DNA of 64,000 nt from Mollicutes bacterium (GCA_003553945.1 PWEL01000039.1:2571-66570), one strand, 5' to 3'. Positions 8,987 to 18,785 are shown, numbered from the stretch's first letter. Numbers and translations: made by a program. The notes: generated by a model from the letters alone, not told the origin.

Positions 8987-9553
8987 ATGGCGGAGGGAAT
9001 CATTCTCGCCGGCGGTTTCTCCAGCCGCGCCGGCACAAATAAGATGACGCTCGAGTATGAGGAGATCCCCCTCATCGAGCATGCCATCGAGGCGATGAAA
9101 CCTTTCGTCTCCCGCATTGTCGTCATCAGCGGTCACCACCATGAAGACCTTGTCTATCTTGATGAGCGCCGCTTCATAAAGCTCGTCTACAACCCCGATT
9201 ATGAGAAGGGCATGTTCACCTCAGTGAAGTTGGGGGCCGCAGAAGTCGATGACGATATGTTCATCATTCCCGGTGACTATCCTCTCGTCTCCCGGTCTAC
9301 CTATCGCGCGCTCCTTGACGCCCACGGCGTAATCCGCGTGCCTGTCTACAAGCAGAAAAAAGGCCACCCTCTGTTTATAGAAGCATCACTGAGAACTGCA
9401 CTTTCCAACAGCAAAGCCCCGCACCTCAAAGCGTTCCGCGACCATTACCCGGTAACGACCGTCCCCGTCGGGGACGAGGGTGTGTTGGTCGATGTGGATA
9501 CATTGGACGATTTTCAACGTTTGAAAAAGAGTAGGAAAGGAGCGAAAGCGTGA
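8987..9553 (+). CDS. mocA: MobA-like NTP-transferase; molybdenum-cofactor cytidylyltransferase (MocA/YgfJ family)
   Basis: N-terminus MAEGIILAGGFSSRAGTNKM (nucleotidyl-transferase glycine loop). It is the first gene of the Mo-hydroxylase operon. GGAGG precedes ATG 8987. Confidence 0.75.
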   Translation: MAEGIILAGGFSSRAGTNKMTLEYEEIPLIEHAIEAMKPFVSRIVVISGHHHEDLVYLDERRFIKLVYNPDYEKGMFTSVKLGAAEVDDDMFIIPGDYPLVSRSTYRALLDAHGVIRVPVYKQKKGHPLFIEASLRTALSNSKAPHLKAFRDHYPVTTVPVGDEGVLVDVDTLDDFQRLKKSRKGAKA

Positions 9554-10350
9554 AAATCAATCAGCTAAAACAGGTCGAGACGCTCGATGAAGCGTACCGG
9601 CTTCTGAATGAGGACCGCCGTAACGTCGTCATCGCCGGCGGCGCCTGGCTCAAGATGTCGAGCCGTACCGTCGAAACAGGCATCGACCTTTCAAACCTGT
9701 CGCTCGATTACATCGAAGAGACCCCCGAGGCCCTTCGAATCGGAAGCATGACCACGCTCCGTCAGCTCGAGACGCACGCCGGCGTGAGAGCACTCTACAA
9801 GGGCATGCTTTCTACAAGCATCTCGCAGATCATGGGTGTGGGGCTCAGGAACCTCGTGACCATCGGCGGCAGCATCATAGGGAAGTACGGCTTTTCCGAT
9901 GTTCTTCCCGCCCTGCTCGCGATGGAGACCTCGCTTGTCTTTCATAGTCAAGGGGAGATACCGCTTGAAGACTTCCTTGAAAGCAAAGGCAGAATCAACG
10001 ATGTGCTCGTGAGCATCAACATCCGCAAGAAAAAAGGCGTCGGCTACTTCAAGAAAGTGAAACAGACGGCGCTCGCCTTCGCGACACTGAATATCGCGGT
10101 GAGCAGAAGCGAAGGACTCTACAAAATCGCCATCGGGTCGAGACCCTCGGTCGCGACGCTGGCGAGAGAGGCGATGGAGGAAGTCAACCTGGCGGAATCA
10201 GTGGATGATGAGACGATCGCACGCGCCGCCGAACACGCCACGTCGCTCAAGTTCTCCTCCAATCCGAGCGCTTCAGAAGACTATCGCGCGATACTGGCCC
10301 GCGTCTATACGGGACGCGGCCTCAAAGAGGTGAGAGACTGTGAAGATTAG
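9550..10350 (+). CDS. Xanthine-dehydrogenase-family FAD-binding (medium) subunit, set 1 (divergent)
   Basis: GTG start with AAGGAG upstream. Size and position match the CoxM/XdhB family, but the usual GGTD motif is replaced by AGGAWL. Coupled to the next gene. Confidence 0.75.
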   Translation: MKINQLKQVETLDEAYRLLNEDRRNVVIAGGAWLKMSSRTVETGIDLSNLSLDYIEETPEALRIGSMTTLRQLETHAGVRALYKGMLSTSISQIMGVGLRNLVTIGGSIIGKYGFSDVLPALLAMETSLVFHSQGEIPLEDFLESKGRINDVLVSINIRKKKGVGYFKKVKQTALAFATLNIAVSRSEGLYKIAIGSRPSVATLAREAMEEVNLAESVDDETIARAAEHATSLKFSSNPSASEDYRAILARVYTGRGLKEVRDCED

Positions 10351-10792
10351 CCTTACCCTCAACAACCGTCCGAAGACGTTCGACGTCGCGCCGGATGAAT
10401 ATCTCGTCGACACGCTGCGCCGCTATGGCTACACGAGCGTCCGCCGCGGCTGCGACACGACGAGCTGTGGCGTGTGCACGCTGCTAGTCGATGACAAGCC
10501 GGTGCCTTCCTGCGCGTTTTTGAGCGCTCGCGCTGATGGGGCTCGCCTCACGACAGTGGAAGGCATTCCCGAGACAGCGTCGAAGCTCGCTGAGCATTTC
10601 GGTGAGCGCGGCGCCGACCAGTGCGGCTTCTGCAATCCCGGCATCGCGCTCGCAGTGCACTCCATGGAACAATCCGGCATGCCCGCCGATGATGCGACGA
10701 TCGATCACTATCTCGTCGGCAACCTCTGTCGTTGCACGGGCTATCAATCGCAACGCGAAGCAATCAAGGCGTATCTGGGTGATAAGAAATGA
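10340..10792 (+). CDS. Xanthine-dehydrogenase-family [2Fe-2S] (small) subunit, set 1
   Basis: Motifs CDTTSCGVC...C, CGFCNPG and NLCRCTGY. Confidence 0.9.
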   Translation: MKISLTLNNRPKTFDVAPDEYLVDTLRRYGYTSVRRGCDTTSCGVCTLLVDDKPVPSCAFLSARADGARLTTVEGIPETASKLAEHFGERGADQCGFCNPGIALAVHSMEQSGMPADDATIDHYLVGNLCRCTGYQSQREAIKAYLGDKK

Positions 10793-13116
10793 AAAAGACG
10801 AAAACAGTGAACCAGCAGGTTCCCAGCGTCGACGGCAAGGGCATCATGATGGGGCGTCCCGCATTCACGGACGATCTGACGCCTCGGAACGCCCTCGTCA
10901 TCAAGGTTCTCAGAAGCCCGCATGCTTTCGCGAAGATCACTTCCATCGACACCTCGGAAGCCGAGCGTATCGAAGGCGTCGAACTGATACTCACCCATAA
11001 GGATTTCAAGCGGAACGCCTATACGCGCGCCGGACAGGGCTATCCCGAGCCGTCCCCGCACGACAAGTTCGTCCTCGATGAGTATGTCCGCTACGTCGGC
11101 GATGAAGTCGCCGCGGTCGCCGCGGTCGATGAAGCGACGGCCGAAGCCGCCGTGAAGGCGATCGACGTCGAATATGAGAAACTCGACCCTGTGCTCGATT
11201 TCGAGACAGCGAAGGATAACGATACCCTCGTCCACCCCGAAGACGATATCTACGAGATGTTCCCGATCGGGTTCGACCCGAAGCGCAACGTCGCGGCCTC
11301 ATACCACATGGAGGTCGGCGACGTCGAGAAAACGCTCTCCGAGAGCGAGATCACCGTCGAGAACACTTATTATACACAGGCGCAGGCGCATGTCATGCTT
11401 GAACCGCACACTGTGAATGCGCAGCTCGACTATCAGAACCGCCTTGTGCTCATCTCCGCGACGCAGACGCCCTGGCACGTGCGCCGCATACTCTCGCAGA
11501 CGCTCGAGATCCCATTGAGCAGGATCCGTGTGATCAAGCCCCGCGTCGGCGGAGGCTTCGGCGGCAAGCAGGCGATTCATGGAGAGATGCTGGCCGCGGC
11601 CGTGACCATGCGGACCGGACAGCCCTCCAGACTGACCTACACGCGCGAGGAAGTCTTTGAAAGCTCCTACACCCGTCATCCCATGCGCATGACGATAAGG
11701 ATGGGGGCGAAAAGGGACGGTACGATCACCTCCATCGACTTCCACGGCCTCTCCGACACCGGCGCCTACGGCGAACACGCACTCACGGTCTACATGGTGA
11801 CCGGGTCCAAGGTCCTCCCTCTTTATAACAAGGTCGACGCCGTACGCTTCCAGGGGGATATCGTCTACACCAACCACGTATCCTCCGGCGCTTATCGCGG
11901 ATACGGGGCCGTACAGGGCAATTACGCCGTGGAATCGACCATCGACATGCTGGCGGAGAAACTCGGCATGGACCCCTTCGCCCTCCGCGAAAAGAACATG
12001 ATGCTCGAAAACGAGACCTCCCCCATCTTCGAGATCATGGGGGAAGGCACCGAAGGGACGGCCATGGTCATGGAATCGAACAAGCTCGACTACTGCGTCG
12101 CGCGCGGAAAAGAGCTCATAGGCTATGACGAGAAGTACCCTCGCCGTGAAACAGGCGAAAGCAAGGTCAGAAGCATCGGCGGCGCGATCGCCATGCAGGG
12201 CAGCGGCATCCCCTATATCGACATGGGCGCCGCGACTATCAAGCTCAACGACGACGGGTTCTACAACCTCACCGTCGGCGCGACGGACATCGGACAGGGC
12301 AGCGACACCATCCTCGCCCAGATTGCGGCTGAACAGCTCGGCGTCGCCGTCGATAAAGTCATCGTCTATTCCTCCGACACCGACCTCACGCCCTTCGATG
12401 TCGGCGCCTACGCCTCGAGCACCACGTATGTATCGGGCAACGCCGTCTTGAAAGCGGCGCGTTCGATGCGCCGGATGGTCATCGATGAAGCGGCCCGGAC
12501 GCTAGATGTGAACGCAGAAGATATCACGTTCGAAGGGGAAGTGTTCAAGGTGGAGGGAAGCGCCCCCCTGACGCTTTCCGACCTTTCCAACCGGCTCTAC
12601 TATAACGAGGACCAGAAGCAGCTCACCACCACCGGAAGCTATTACGGCACGAAATCGCCGCCGCCGTTCATGGCCGGCTTCGTCGAGATCGAACTCGACA
12701 CCGAGACCGGTGAATACGAGATCCTCGAATACGCCAGCGTCGTCGACTGCGGCACGACCATCAACCCCGCCCTCGCGAGAGGCCAGGTCGAAGGCGGTCT
12801 CATGCAGGGGATCGGCATGGCGGCCTTCGAGGACGTCGAATACAGCAAGAAGGGCAAGATGATCACCGGCGACCTGCTCAACTACAAGATCCCCACCAAC
12901 CTCAGCGTGAAGAAGTTCACCACCGAATTCGCGGACAGTTATGAAGAGAGCGGCCCCTACGGCGCTAAATCCGTTGCCGAAATCGGCACCGACACGCCGC
13001 CCGCCGCCATCGCCAACGCCGTCTACAACGCCGTCGGCGTCCGCATCGACTCGCTCCCCATCACCCCGGAAAAAATCCAGAAAGCAATGAATGATAAAAA
13101 GGAGAATGATGTATGA
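10789..13116 (+). CDS. Xanthine-dehydrogenase-family molybdopterin (large) subunit, set 1
   Basis: 775 aa. Contains GGGFGGK, GAYRGYG and other aldehyde-oxidase/xanthine-dehydrogenase a/b-hammerhead and Mo-binding signatures. ATGA overlap with the flanking genes. Confidence 0.9.
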   Translation: MKKTKTVNQQVPSVDGKGIMMGRPAFTDDLTPRNALVIKVLRSPHAFAKITSIDTSEAERIEGVELILTHKDFKRNAYTRAGQGYPEPSPHDKFVLDEYVRYVGDEVAAVAAVDEATAEAAVKAIDVEYEKLDPVLDFETAKDNDTLVHPEDDIYEMFPIGFDPKRNVAASYHMEVGDVEKTLSESEITVENTYYTQAQAHVMLEPHTVNAQLDYQNRLVLISATQTPWHVRRILSQTLEIPLSRIRVIKPRVGGGFGGKQAIHGEMLAAAVTMRTGQPSRLTYTREEVFESSYTRHPMRMTIRMGAKRDGTITSIDFHGLSDTGAYGEHALTVYMVTGSKVLPLYNKVDAVRFQGDIVYTNHVSSGAYRGYGAVQGNYAVESTIDMLAEKLGMDPFALREKNMMLENETSPIFEIMGEGTEGTAMVMESNKLDYCVARGKELIGYDEKYPRRETGESKVRSIGGAIAMQGSGIPYIDMGAATIKLNDDGFYNLTVGATDIGQGSDTILAQIAAEQLGVAVDKVIVYSSDTDLTPFDVGAYASSTTYVSGNAVLKAARSMRRMVIDEAARTLDVNAEDITFEGEVFKVEGSAPLTLSDLSNRLYYNEDQKQLTTTGSYYGTKSPPPFMAGFVEIELDTETGEYEILEYASVVDCGTTINPALARGQVEGGLMQGIGMAAFEDVEYSKKGKMITGDLLNYKIPTNLSVKKFTTEFADSYEESGPYGAKSVAEIGTDTPPAAIANAVYNAVGVRIDSLPITPEKIQKAMNDKKENDV

Positions 13117-13727
13117 ACAAGAGATTATTGAGTGAAATCCTATTCTTCGGTGCCCTCTGGGGCATCATCGAGGCGACTCTCGGTTATGTACTGCACCTTG
13201 TCCCCGTCCCGTTCCTCGCGGGCACGATCATGTTCCCCATCGCCGTCGCCATCCTGCTCCAGGCGCACCGGCGCACCGACTCTAGACAGGCTGTCTTCGC
13301 CATCGGCGTTGTCGCGGCCTCGATCAAGTCCGTCAACTTTTTGACCCCCATGAACCAATGGGGCATCATCAATCCGATGATCGCCATCGTCCTCGAGACC
13401 CTGCTCGTCGTCGCTGCCGTGCACCTGCTCACAGATGAACGCGTGCGCACCTCGCTCGCCGCATTCTTCGGCGTTTCGCTGGGATGGCGGCTCCTCTATA
13501 CCGGCTGGTTCACCATCCAGCTCATCGCGACGGGGTTCCTCGCCGAGCAGATCGCGGCGATCTCCACGTTCACGCTGTTCGTTGTCATCCACGGCGCTAT
13601 TTCAGCGTTTGCGGCGTTCGGCCTGCACAAAGGGCTCAGCCGTGTCCGCATCACAAGATTCGACATCCATCCCATCGCCGCATCGGCGACACTCGTGCTG
13701 GCGGTCGCATTGACATTCGTACTCTAA
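13113..13727 (+). CDS. Uncharacterised integral membrane protein (~6 TM) embedded in the Mo-hydroxylase operon
   Basis: AAGGAG RBS and an ATGA overlap with the upstream large subunit. Hydrophobic throughout, with no family motif recognised by eye. Confidence 0.6.
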   Translation: MNKRLLSEILFFGALWGIIEATLGYVLHLVPVPFLAGTIMFPIAVAILLQAHRRTDSRQAVFAIGVVAASIKSVNFLTPMNQWGIINPMIAIVLETLLVVAAVHLLTDERVRTSLAAFFGVSLGWRLLYTGWFTIQLIATGFLAEQIAAISTFTLFVVIHGAISAFAAFGLHKGLSRVRITRFDIHPIAASATLVLAVALTFVL

Positions 13728-13781
13728 ATCCAAGGGGCCAGGGCGCAAGCGCCTTGGCTTCTTCAAAGACCAGGTGATCAG

Positions 13782-14636
13782 ATGGAAGCCATCCATGAAA
13801 AGATTCTCGAACATAAGCGCCGCGGCGAGGACGCCGTGCTCGTCACCGCTGTCGACAAGAAGGGCGAAGGCCCTGTCAAGGTGGGCATCAAGATGCTCGT
13901 CAGTGCAAGCGGCGACGCCATCGGCACCGTCGGCGGCGGCGCGCTGGAGCATCGCGCCCGGGAAGAGGCGAAGGCCCTTTTCAAGACCCGGAAGAACAAG
14001 CTCGAGACGTATCTTTTAAACGAAGCGGAGGTCTCCAAAAAACCCGATGACATGACACAGCTTCCGATGACCTGCGGCGGCACCGTGACGCTCTTCTATG
14101 AATTCCTGGGCGTCATGAACCATATCTATCTCTTCGGCGCCGGCCATGTCGCCCGCGCCCTCGGCCACGTGCTCTCGACGATGGATTTCCATCTCACTGT
14201 CATCGATGCCCGCAAGGAGGTCATCGAGACCTATCCCTACGCGGATGAGCGCATCCATCAGGGATTCGCCGAGTTCATCGACGACAAAGGCATCAGGGAC
14301 GGGAGCTATGTCGTCGTCTGCACACCGAATCACGAGCACGACTACCACGTCCTCAACAAGATCGTCGAGTACGATTTAAGTCCCGCCTACACGGGCATGC
14401 TCTGTTCGCCGGAGAAGCTCAAGGACTATATCGACAAGACCTACGCACAATACGGCAGGGATATCGATCTCAGGAACTTCTACGCCCCGGTGGGCCTCGA
14501 TACGGGAGGAGGGTCCCCCGCGGAGATCGCCGTCTCCATCGCCGCGGAGATCCTCGCCATCCATCATGGGAAAAGCGGCCACCGGCATATGAGGGAGAAT
14601 GTCCATGAAGACTATCGTTACTGGGAAGATCAATAG
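13782..14636 (+). CDS. xdhC: XdhC/CoxI-family molybdenum-cofactor insertion chaperone
   Basis: N-terminal XdhC_CoxI-like segment (AVLVTAVDKKGEGP...GTVGGGALE) and a C-terminal Rossmann segment (IYLFGAGHVARAL). Confidence 0.8.
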   Translation: MEAIHEKILEHKRRGEDAVLVTAVDKKGEGPVKVGIKMLVSASGDAIGTVGGGALEHRAREEAKALFKTRKNKLETYLLNEAEVSKKPDDMTQLPMTCGGTVTLFYEFLGVMNHIYLFGAGHVARALGHVLSTMDFHLTVIDARKEVIETYPYADERIHQGFAEFIDDKGIRDGSYVVVCTPNHEHDYHVLNKIVEYDLSPAYTGMLCSPEKLKDYIDKTYAQYGRDIDLRNFYAPVGLDTGGGSPAEIAVSIAAEILAIHHGKSGHRHMRENVHEDYRYWEDQ

Positions 14637-15093
14637 CGGCAAGACGAGAACCCTCAGAGCACTTCATGCCAATGCTTCAGAAGGGGATGGCTTCGCGGCC
14701 GTCAAATGGATGGAAGGCAGCGTGGTGAAAGGCTTCGACGCCATGCGTCTCTCCACTGAAGAGACGTATCCATTGATCCGCAGGAAAGGCGACGAAGGCG
14801 GTGACACCGTCGCTCATACGCTCGGCCCCTACAGTTTCCTTCGGCCCGCGATGGAACGCGTCGAGAAAGAGATGGACGCGTTGATCGATAGCGGTGTCTC
14901 ACCGCTTTTCTTCGATGAAGCGGGGCTGCTCGAGATGGAGGGGAAGGGATTCGACGGACTCATCCGCCGCATCCTCGCCGCTTCAGCCGACGCTTTTCTC
15001 GTCGTCCGCCGCGACCTTCTCGAAGCGTTTCTAAAGCGTTATGATGTTGATGAATACCGCGTCATCAAGGCAGGTGAAGCCACATGGACCTAG
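14605..15093 (+). CDS. Small P-loop NTPase (MobB/THEP1/DUF2478-like), probable maturation accessory factor
   Basis: Walker A TGKINSGKT at the N-terminus. Overlaps the xdhC 3' end by 32 nt. GGAGA lies 6 nt before ATG 14605. Confidence 0.55.
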   Translation: MKTIVTGKINSGKTRTLRALHANASEGDGFAAVKWMEGSVVKGFDAMRLSTEETYPLIRRKGDEGGDTVAHTLGPYSFLRPAMERVEKEMDALIDSGVSPLFFDEAGLLEMEGKGFDGLIRRILAASADAFLVVRRDLLEAFLKRYDVDEYRVIKAGEATWT

Positions 15094-16391
15094 CGGTCAA
15101 GAACGGCCATGTCTATAGCGAGGGCCGTTTCATGCGCAAAAACCTCTATATCAAAAACGGCCGCATCGAAAAGATCACCGACAGTGATATCGAAGCGGAA
15201 GAGACCTACGATGCCTCGGGGGACCTCGTGCTTCCCGGGCTCATCGACCCGCATGTCCATTTCTCGCTCGACCTCGGGGACCATGTCTCCGTCGACGATT
15301 TCGATGCGGGAACGCGTGCCGCCGCTTACGGCGGCGTGACAACCGTCATCGACTTCCTCGACCCCGTAGCGCGCGCGGAGGATATCCCATCCGCGTTTGA
15401 AGCGCGGAAGGCGCTCGCCGAGAAGAGCCACATCGATTATCGCTTCCACGCGACCATCAAGAACCCCGGCGACGACATCGCCGCTTTCATGGATGCGATG
15501 AAGCGCTTCGGCCTCAACTCACTGAAATTCTTCACCACCTACTCCGATTCGGGTCGCAGGACTTATGATGATGACATCCTCCGGATTCTGAAGACAGCGA
15601 AGGAGAAGGATATCCTGCCGCTCGCGCATATCGAGGATGATGCACAGATCACGCTCGACCCCGCGTTCACCCATGAGGATCTTCCGAGAAGCCGGCCGAC
15701 ATCCTGCGAAAGGGATGAAGCACTGAAGCTCGCCGGCTATGTCGAGAAGACGGGCGGCAGGCTCTACATGGTGCATCTTTCGAGCGGTGATACGCTCGAG
15801 GCGTTGCAAGCGGCGTACCCTTCGCTTCTTAACAGCCGTTTCTTCATCGAGACATGCCCGCAGTATGTCACGTTCACGAGCGACGTGCTGAGCGGGGAGG
15901 AAGGCCATCTCTACACCTTCGCGCCGCCGCTCAGGAGCGCCCCGGAAAGGAAACGGCTCGTCGAACGGTTCGATGCCATCGATTCGATCGGCACCGACCA
16001 CTGCGCATTCATGCGTCGTGAGAAGGAAGTGTCGACGCTTTCGGACATGCCGCTCGGCATCGGCGGCGTCGAGCACAGTTTCAATGTCATGTACCGCCGT
16101 TTCGGCATGCAGGCTGTCGAGAGGATGAGCGCCGCTCCGGCCCGCCTCTTCGGCATGTATCCGAGGAAAGGGACCATCAAGGAGGGCAGCGACGCCGACC
16201 TCTTCATCTATGCCCTCGAAGAAGGCACGATCGAAGAGAACCACGCCCGTAGCGACTACTCGGTCTATCATGGCCTCGAGCGAAGCGGCTATGTGAGATC
16301 GACGCTTTCAAGAGGCGCCTTTGTCATGAAGGACCGCGTATTCAAGGGCGGCAACGGACAATGGATTGAAGGAGCGATGCACAATGGCTAA
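15084..16391 (+). CDS. hyuA: Cyclic amidohydrolase (hydantoinase/dihydropyrimidinase, HyuA-like)
   Basis: DPHVHF metal motif, amidohydrolase-fold length, and operon context with ssnA/ygeY/ygeW homologues. Confidence 0.75.
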   Translation: MDLAVKNGHVYSEGRFMRKNLYIKNGRIEKITDSDIEAEETYDASGDLVLPGLIDPHVHFSLDLGDHVSVDDFDAGTRAAAYGGVTTVIDFLDPVARAEDIPSAFEARKALAEKSHIDYRFHATIKNPGDDIAAFMDAMKRFGLNSLKFFTTYSDSGRRTYDDDILRILKTAKEKDILPLAHIEDDAQITLDPAFTHEDLPRSRPTSCERDEALKLAGYVEKTGGRLYMVHLSSGDTLEALQAAYPSLLNSRFFIETCPQYVTFTSDVLSGEEGHLYTFAPPLRSAPERKRLVERFDAIDSIGTDHCAFMRREKEVSTLSDMPLGIGGVEHSFNVMYRRFGMQAVERMSAAPARLFGMYPRKGTIKEGSDADLFIYALEEGTIEENHARSDYSVYHGLERSGYVRSTLSRGAFVMKDRVFKGGNGQWIEGAMHNG

Positions 16392-17691
16392 GGCGATCAC
16401 GCACGCGATGGTGTTCGATTATGAAGATTTCTATGAAGACGGCTACGTCGTCTTCGATGATAAGGTCATCGACAAGGGGCCGATGGAGAAGTTCAAGGAC
16501 GAAGGCTATGACATCATCGACGGACGAGGCCATCTCGTCATGCCTTCCTTCATCATCGGCCACACCCATATATATTCCACCTTTGCAAGAGGCTGGATCA
16601 ACCCGTTCGAGTACCGGAATTTCATGGACATCCTCAAAGAGCAGTGGTGGAAACTCGATAGCGGCCTGAGACGGGAAAGCATCTACTACAGCGGCATCGT
16701 CAACGCCGCCGATCATGTGAAGAACGGCGTGACGACACTCATCGACCATCATGCCTCCGGTGAGATCGAAGACTCCCTCGATACGCTCGAGAAAGCTGTG
16801 AGCGAGGACATCGGCCTGCGGGGCATGTTCACCTTCGAGACCAGCGACCGCTTCGATGTCGAAAAGTGTCTTCAGGAGAACGCCGCCTTCCTCAAGAAGG
16901 GCCGCACGGCAAGACGCGCCGGCCATTTCGGCCTTCACGCCTCCCTCAGCCTGAGCGAGGAGACTTTGAAACGCGTGAGAGAGGCGAAGGGCGACGCCCC
17001 GATCCACATCCACGCCGCTGAAAGCGCGATGGATCAGGCGGACGCGGAGGAAAGGACCGGCGAGCGCGTCATCGAACGCCTCGACCGTCACGGGCTTCTC
17101 ACTCCGGGAAGCATCCTCGTGCACGCGCTGCACATCAACGACGCCGAACGCGACATCATCAAGAAGCGCGGCGCCGTCGTCGCCCTGAACCCTTCCTCCA
17201 ACATGAACAACGGCGTCGGCATCCCCGACTACCCGGCCCTCAGGAACAAGGGGATTCCCGTCATCGTCGGCAACGACGGCCTCTCCTTTTCGGCGACGAG
17301 CGAGTACCGCACGCTCTTTTTCGCCTCCCATGCTCTGAAGGAGGATTTCACGGCCATGGGGCTTGAAGACATCCAGCGCATCATCGACGACACCTACGCC
17401 TACGCAAGCGAACATCTCGGCGTCAGGCTCGGCCGTTTCAGGAAAGGCTACGAGGCGGACCTTCTGATGCTTCCCTACACGCCGCCCACGCCGATCAGCC
17501 TTGACAATGCGCTCGGTCATCTCTTCTTCGGCACCTTCGATAGCTTCAAGCCGAGCGATGTCTTCGTCGGCGGCCGCCATATCGTCAGGAATTATACGCT
17601 GGATGCAGACAATGAATCACGTTATAGAGACGCCCGTGCGCATGCGCAACACGTATGGGACACACTGAATAGAAAAGGTGAGACTGAATGA
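16384..17691 (+). CDS. ssnA: SsnA-type aminohydrolase (chlorohydrolase/deaminase-like amidohydrolase)
   Basis: GHTHIYS metal motif, HAAES, and a size of ~435 aa. ATG 16384 overlaps the upstream stop. Confidence 0.75.
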   Translation: MAKAITHAMVFDYEDFYEDGYVVFDDKVIDKGPMEKFKDEGYDIIDGRGHLVMPSFIIGHTHIYSTFARGWINPFEYRNFMDILKEQWWKLDSGLRRESIYYSGIVNAADHVKNGVTTLIDHHASGEIEDSLDTLEKAVSEDIGLRGMFTFETSDRFDVEKCLQENAAFLKKGRTARRAGHFGLHASLSLSEETLKRVREAKGDAPIHIHAAESAMDQADAEERTGERVIERLDRHGLLTPGSILVHALHINDAERDIIKKRGAVVALNPSSNMNNGVGIPDYPALRNKGIPVIVGNDGLSFSATSEYRTLFFASHALKEDFTAMGLEDIQRIIDDTYAYASEHLGVRLGRFRKGYEADLLMLPYTPPTPISLDNALGHLFFGTFDSFKPSDVFVGGRHIVRNYTLDADNESRYRDARAHAQHVWDTLNRKGETE

Positions 17692-18776
17692 AGCTCCGAA
17701 CGACATTCGACGGCATCACGCTAGAGAACCCCCTCATGCCCGCTTCCGGCCCTTTGACAGGCGACACTGAAAAGCTCGCGTTCATGCGCGATGAGGCCGG
17801 CGTCGGCGCCGTCGTCACCAAGACGATCTGCCCGAGGGAGCCCGAGATCCCCAAGCCCTGCATCTACACCGGCAAGCATTATGTCCAGAACAGCGAGCTC
17901 TGGAGCGAACATCCCATGGAGCGATGGGTGGAAAGCTTCCTGCCTGAATATGTCGAGAAGAAAGATCGTCCGCTCATCATCAGTGTCGGCTACACCAAGG
18001 AGGACATGGAGATTCTCATCCCGAAGCTCGACGCCTTCGCCGATGCGTTCGAGGTCTCGACGCACTATGTCGGCACCGACCTATCAGTGATCGCCGATAC
18101 GGTGCGCACGATCCGCTCGCATACGGACAAGCCTTTCTACATGAAGATATCGCCCCACATCCAGAACCCCGAAGGCTACGCCAAGGCGATCAAGGAAGCC
18201 GGTGCGAACGGTGTCGTGGCCATCAACTCCCTCGGCCCCACCATCAATATCAACGCAAAGAAGCGCCGCATCGAATACGGCGCCGAAGATGGATTCGTCT
18301 GGACCACAGGGCCTCTCATCAAGCCGATGGCCCTCGCGATCGTCTATAAGATCAAGCAGGCCGAGCCCTCCCTCACAGTCATCGGCGTCGGCGGCATCAC
18401 GAGCGCGGACGATGTGATCGAGTTCCTGCTCGCCGGCGCGAGCGGCGTGCAGATGTTATCCGGCGCGCTCCTCAAGGGCAAGGCGCTCTATGCGAAGATC
18501 ATCAGGGACCTCCCGAAGGCGCTTGAGAAATACGGCTTCGAAAGCATCGAGGACGTCATCGGCACCACGCTTTCGAAGGATGTAAGCTATGAGGATGAGA
18601 CCCCGACGCTCATCGAAGAGAAGTGCATCGAATGCATGCTCTGCGTGAAGACCTGCCCCTATTTCGCCATCGACTTCAAGGACAGGATCACGTTCAACCC
18701 CGATAAATGCTTCAGCTGCGGGCTCTGCGTCTCGATATGTCCTACAGACGCCATCCATATGGATAAACTAGGTTAG
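17688..18776 (+). CDS. Dihydroorotate/dihydropyrimidine-dehydrogenase-like FMN protein with a C-terminal 2x[4Fe-4S] ferredoxin domain (PreA-like)
   Basis: TIM-barrel DHOD-family motifs (NSLGP, GVGGI) plus CIECMLCVKTCP and CFSCGLCVSICP. Confidence 0.8.
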   Translation: MKLRTTFDGITLENPLMPASGPLTGDTEKLAFMRDEAGVGAVVTKTICPREPEIPKPCIYTGKHYVQNSELWSEHPMERWVESFLPEYVEKKDRPLIISVGYTKEDMEILIPKLDAFADAFEVSTHYVGTDLSVIADTVRTIRSHTDKPFYMKISPHIQNPEGYAKAIKEAGANGVVAINSLGPTININAKKRRIEYGAEDGFVWTTGPLIKPMALAIVYKIKQAEPSLTVIGVGGITSADDVIEFLLAGASGVQMLSGALLKGKALYAKIIRDLPKALEKYGFESIEDVIGTTLSKDVSYEDETPTLIEEKCIECMLCVKTCPYFAIDFKDRITFNPDKCFSCGLCVSICPTDAIHMDKLG

Positions 18777-18785
18777 GGTGATAAG

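Noticed and set aside
16342-17580. Very long ORFs antisense to convincingly assigned genes, e.g. 16342-17580(-), 26475-27674(-), 51156-52559(-), 52692-53984(-), 43689-44621(-), 49484-50632(-) and 10744-11235(-).
   Set aside because: The opposite strand carries clear family motifs. The antisense translations are Arg/Ala/Gly/Asp/Val-rich with no motifs, RBS or sensible boundaries. This is the typical stop-codon-poor antisense frame of GC-rich coding DNA.
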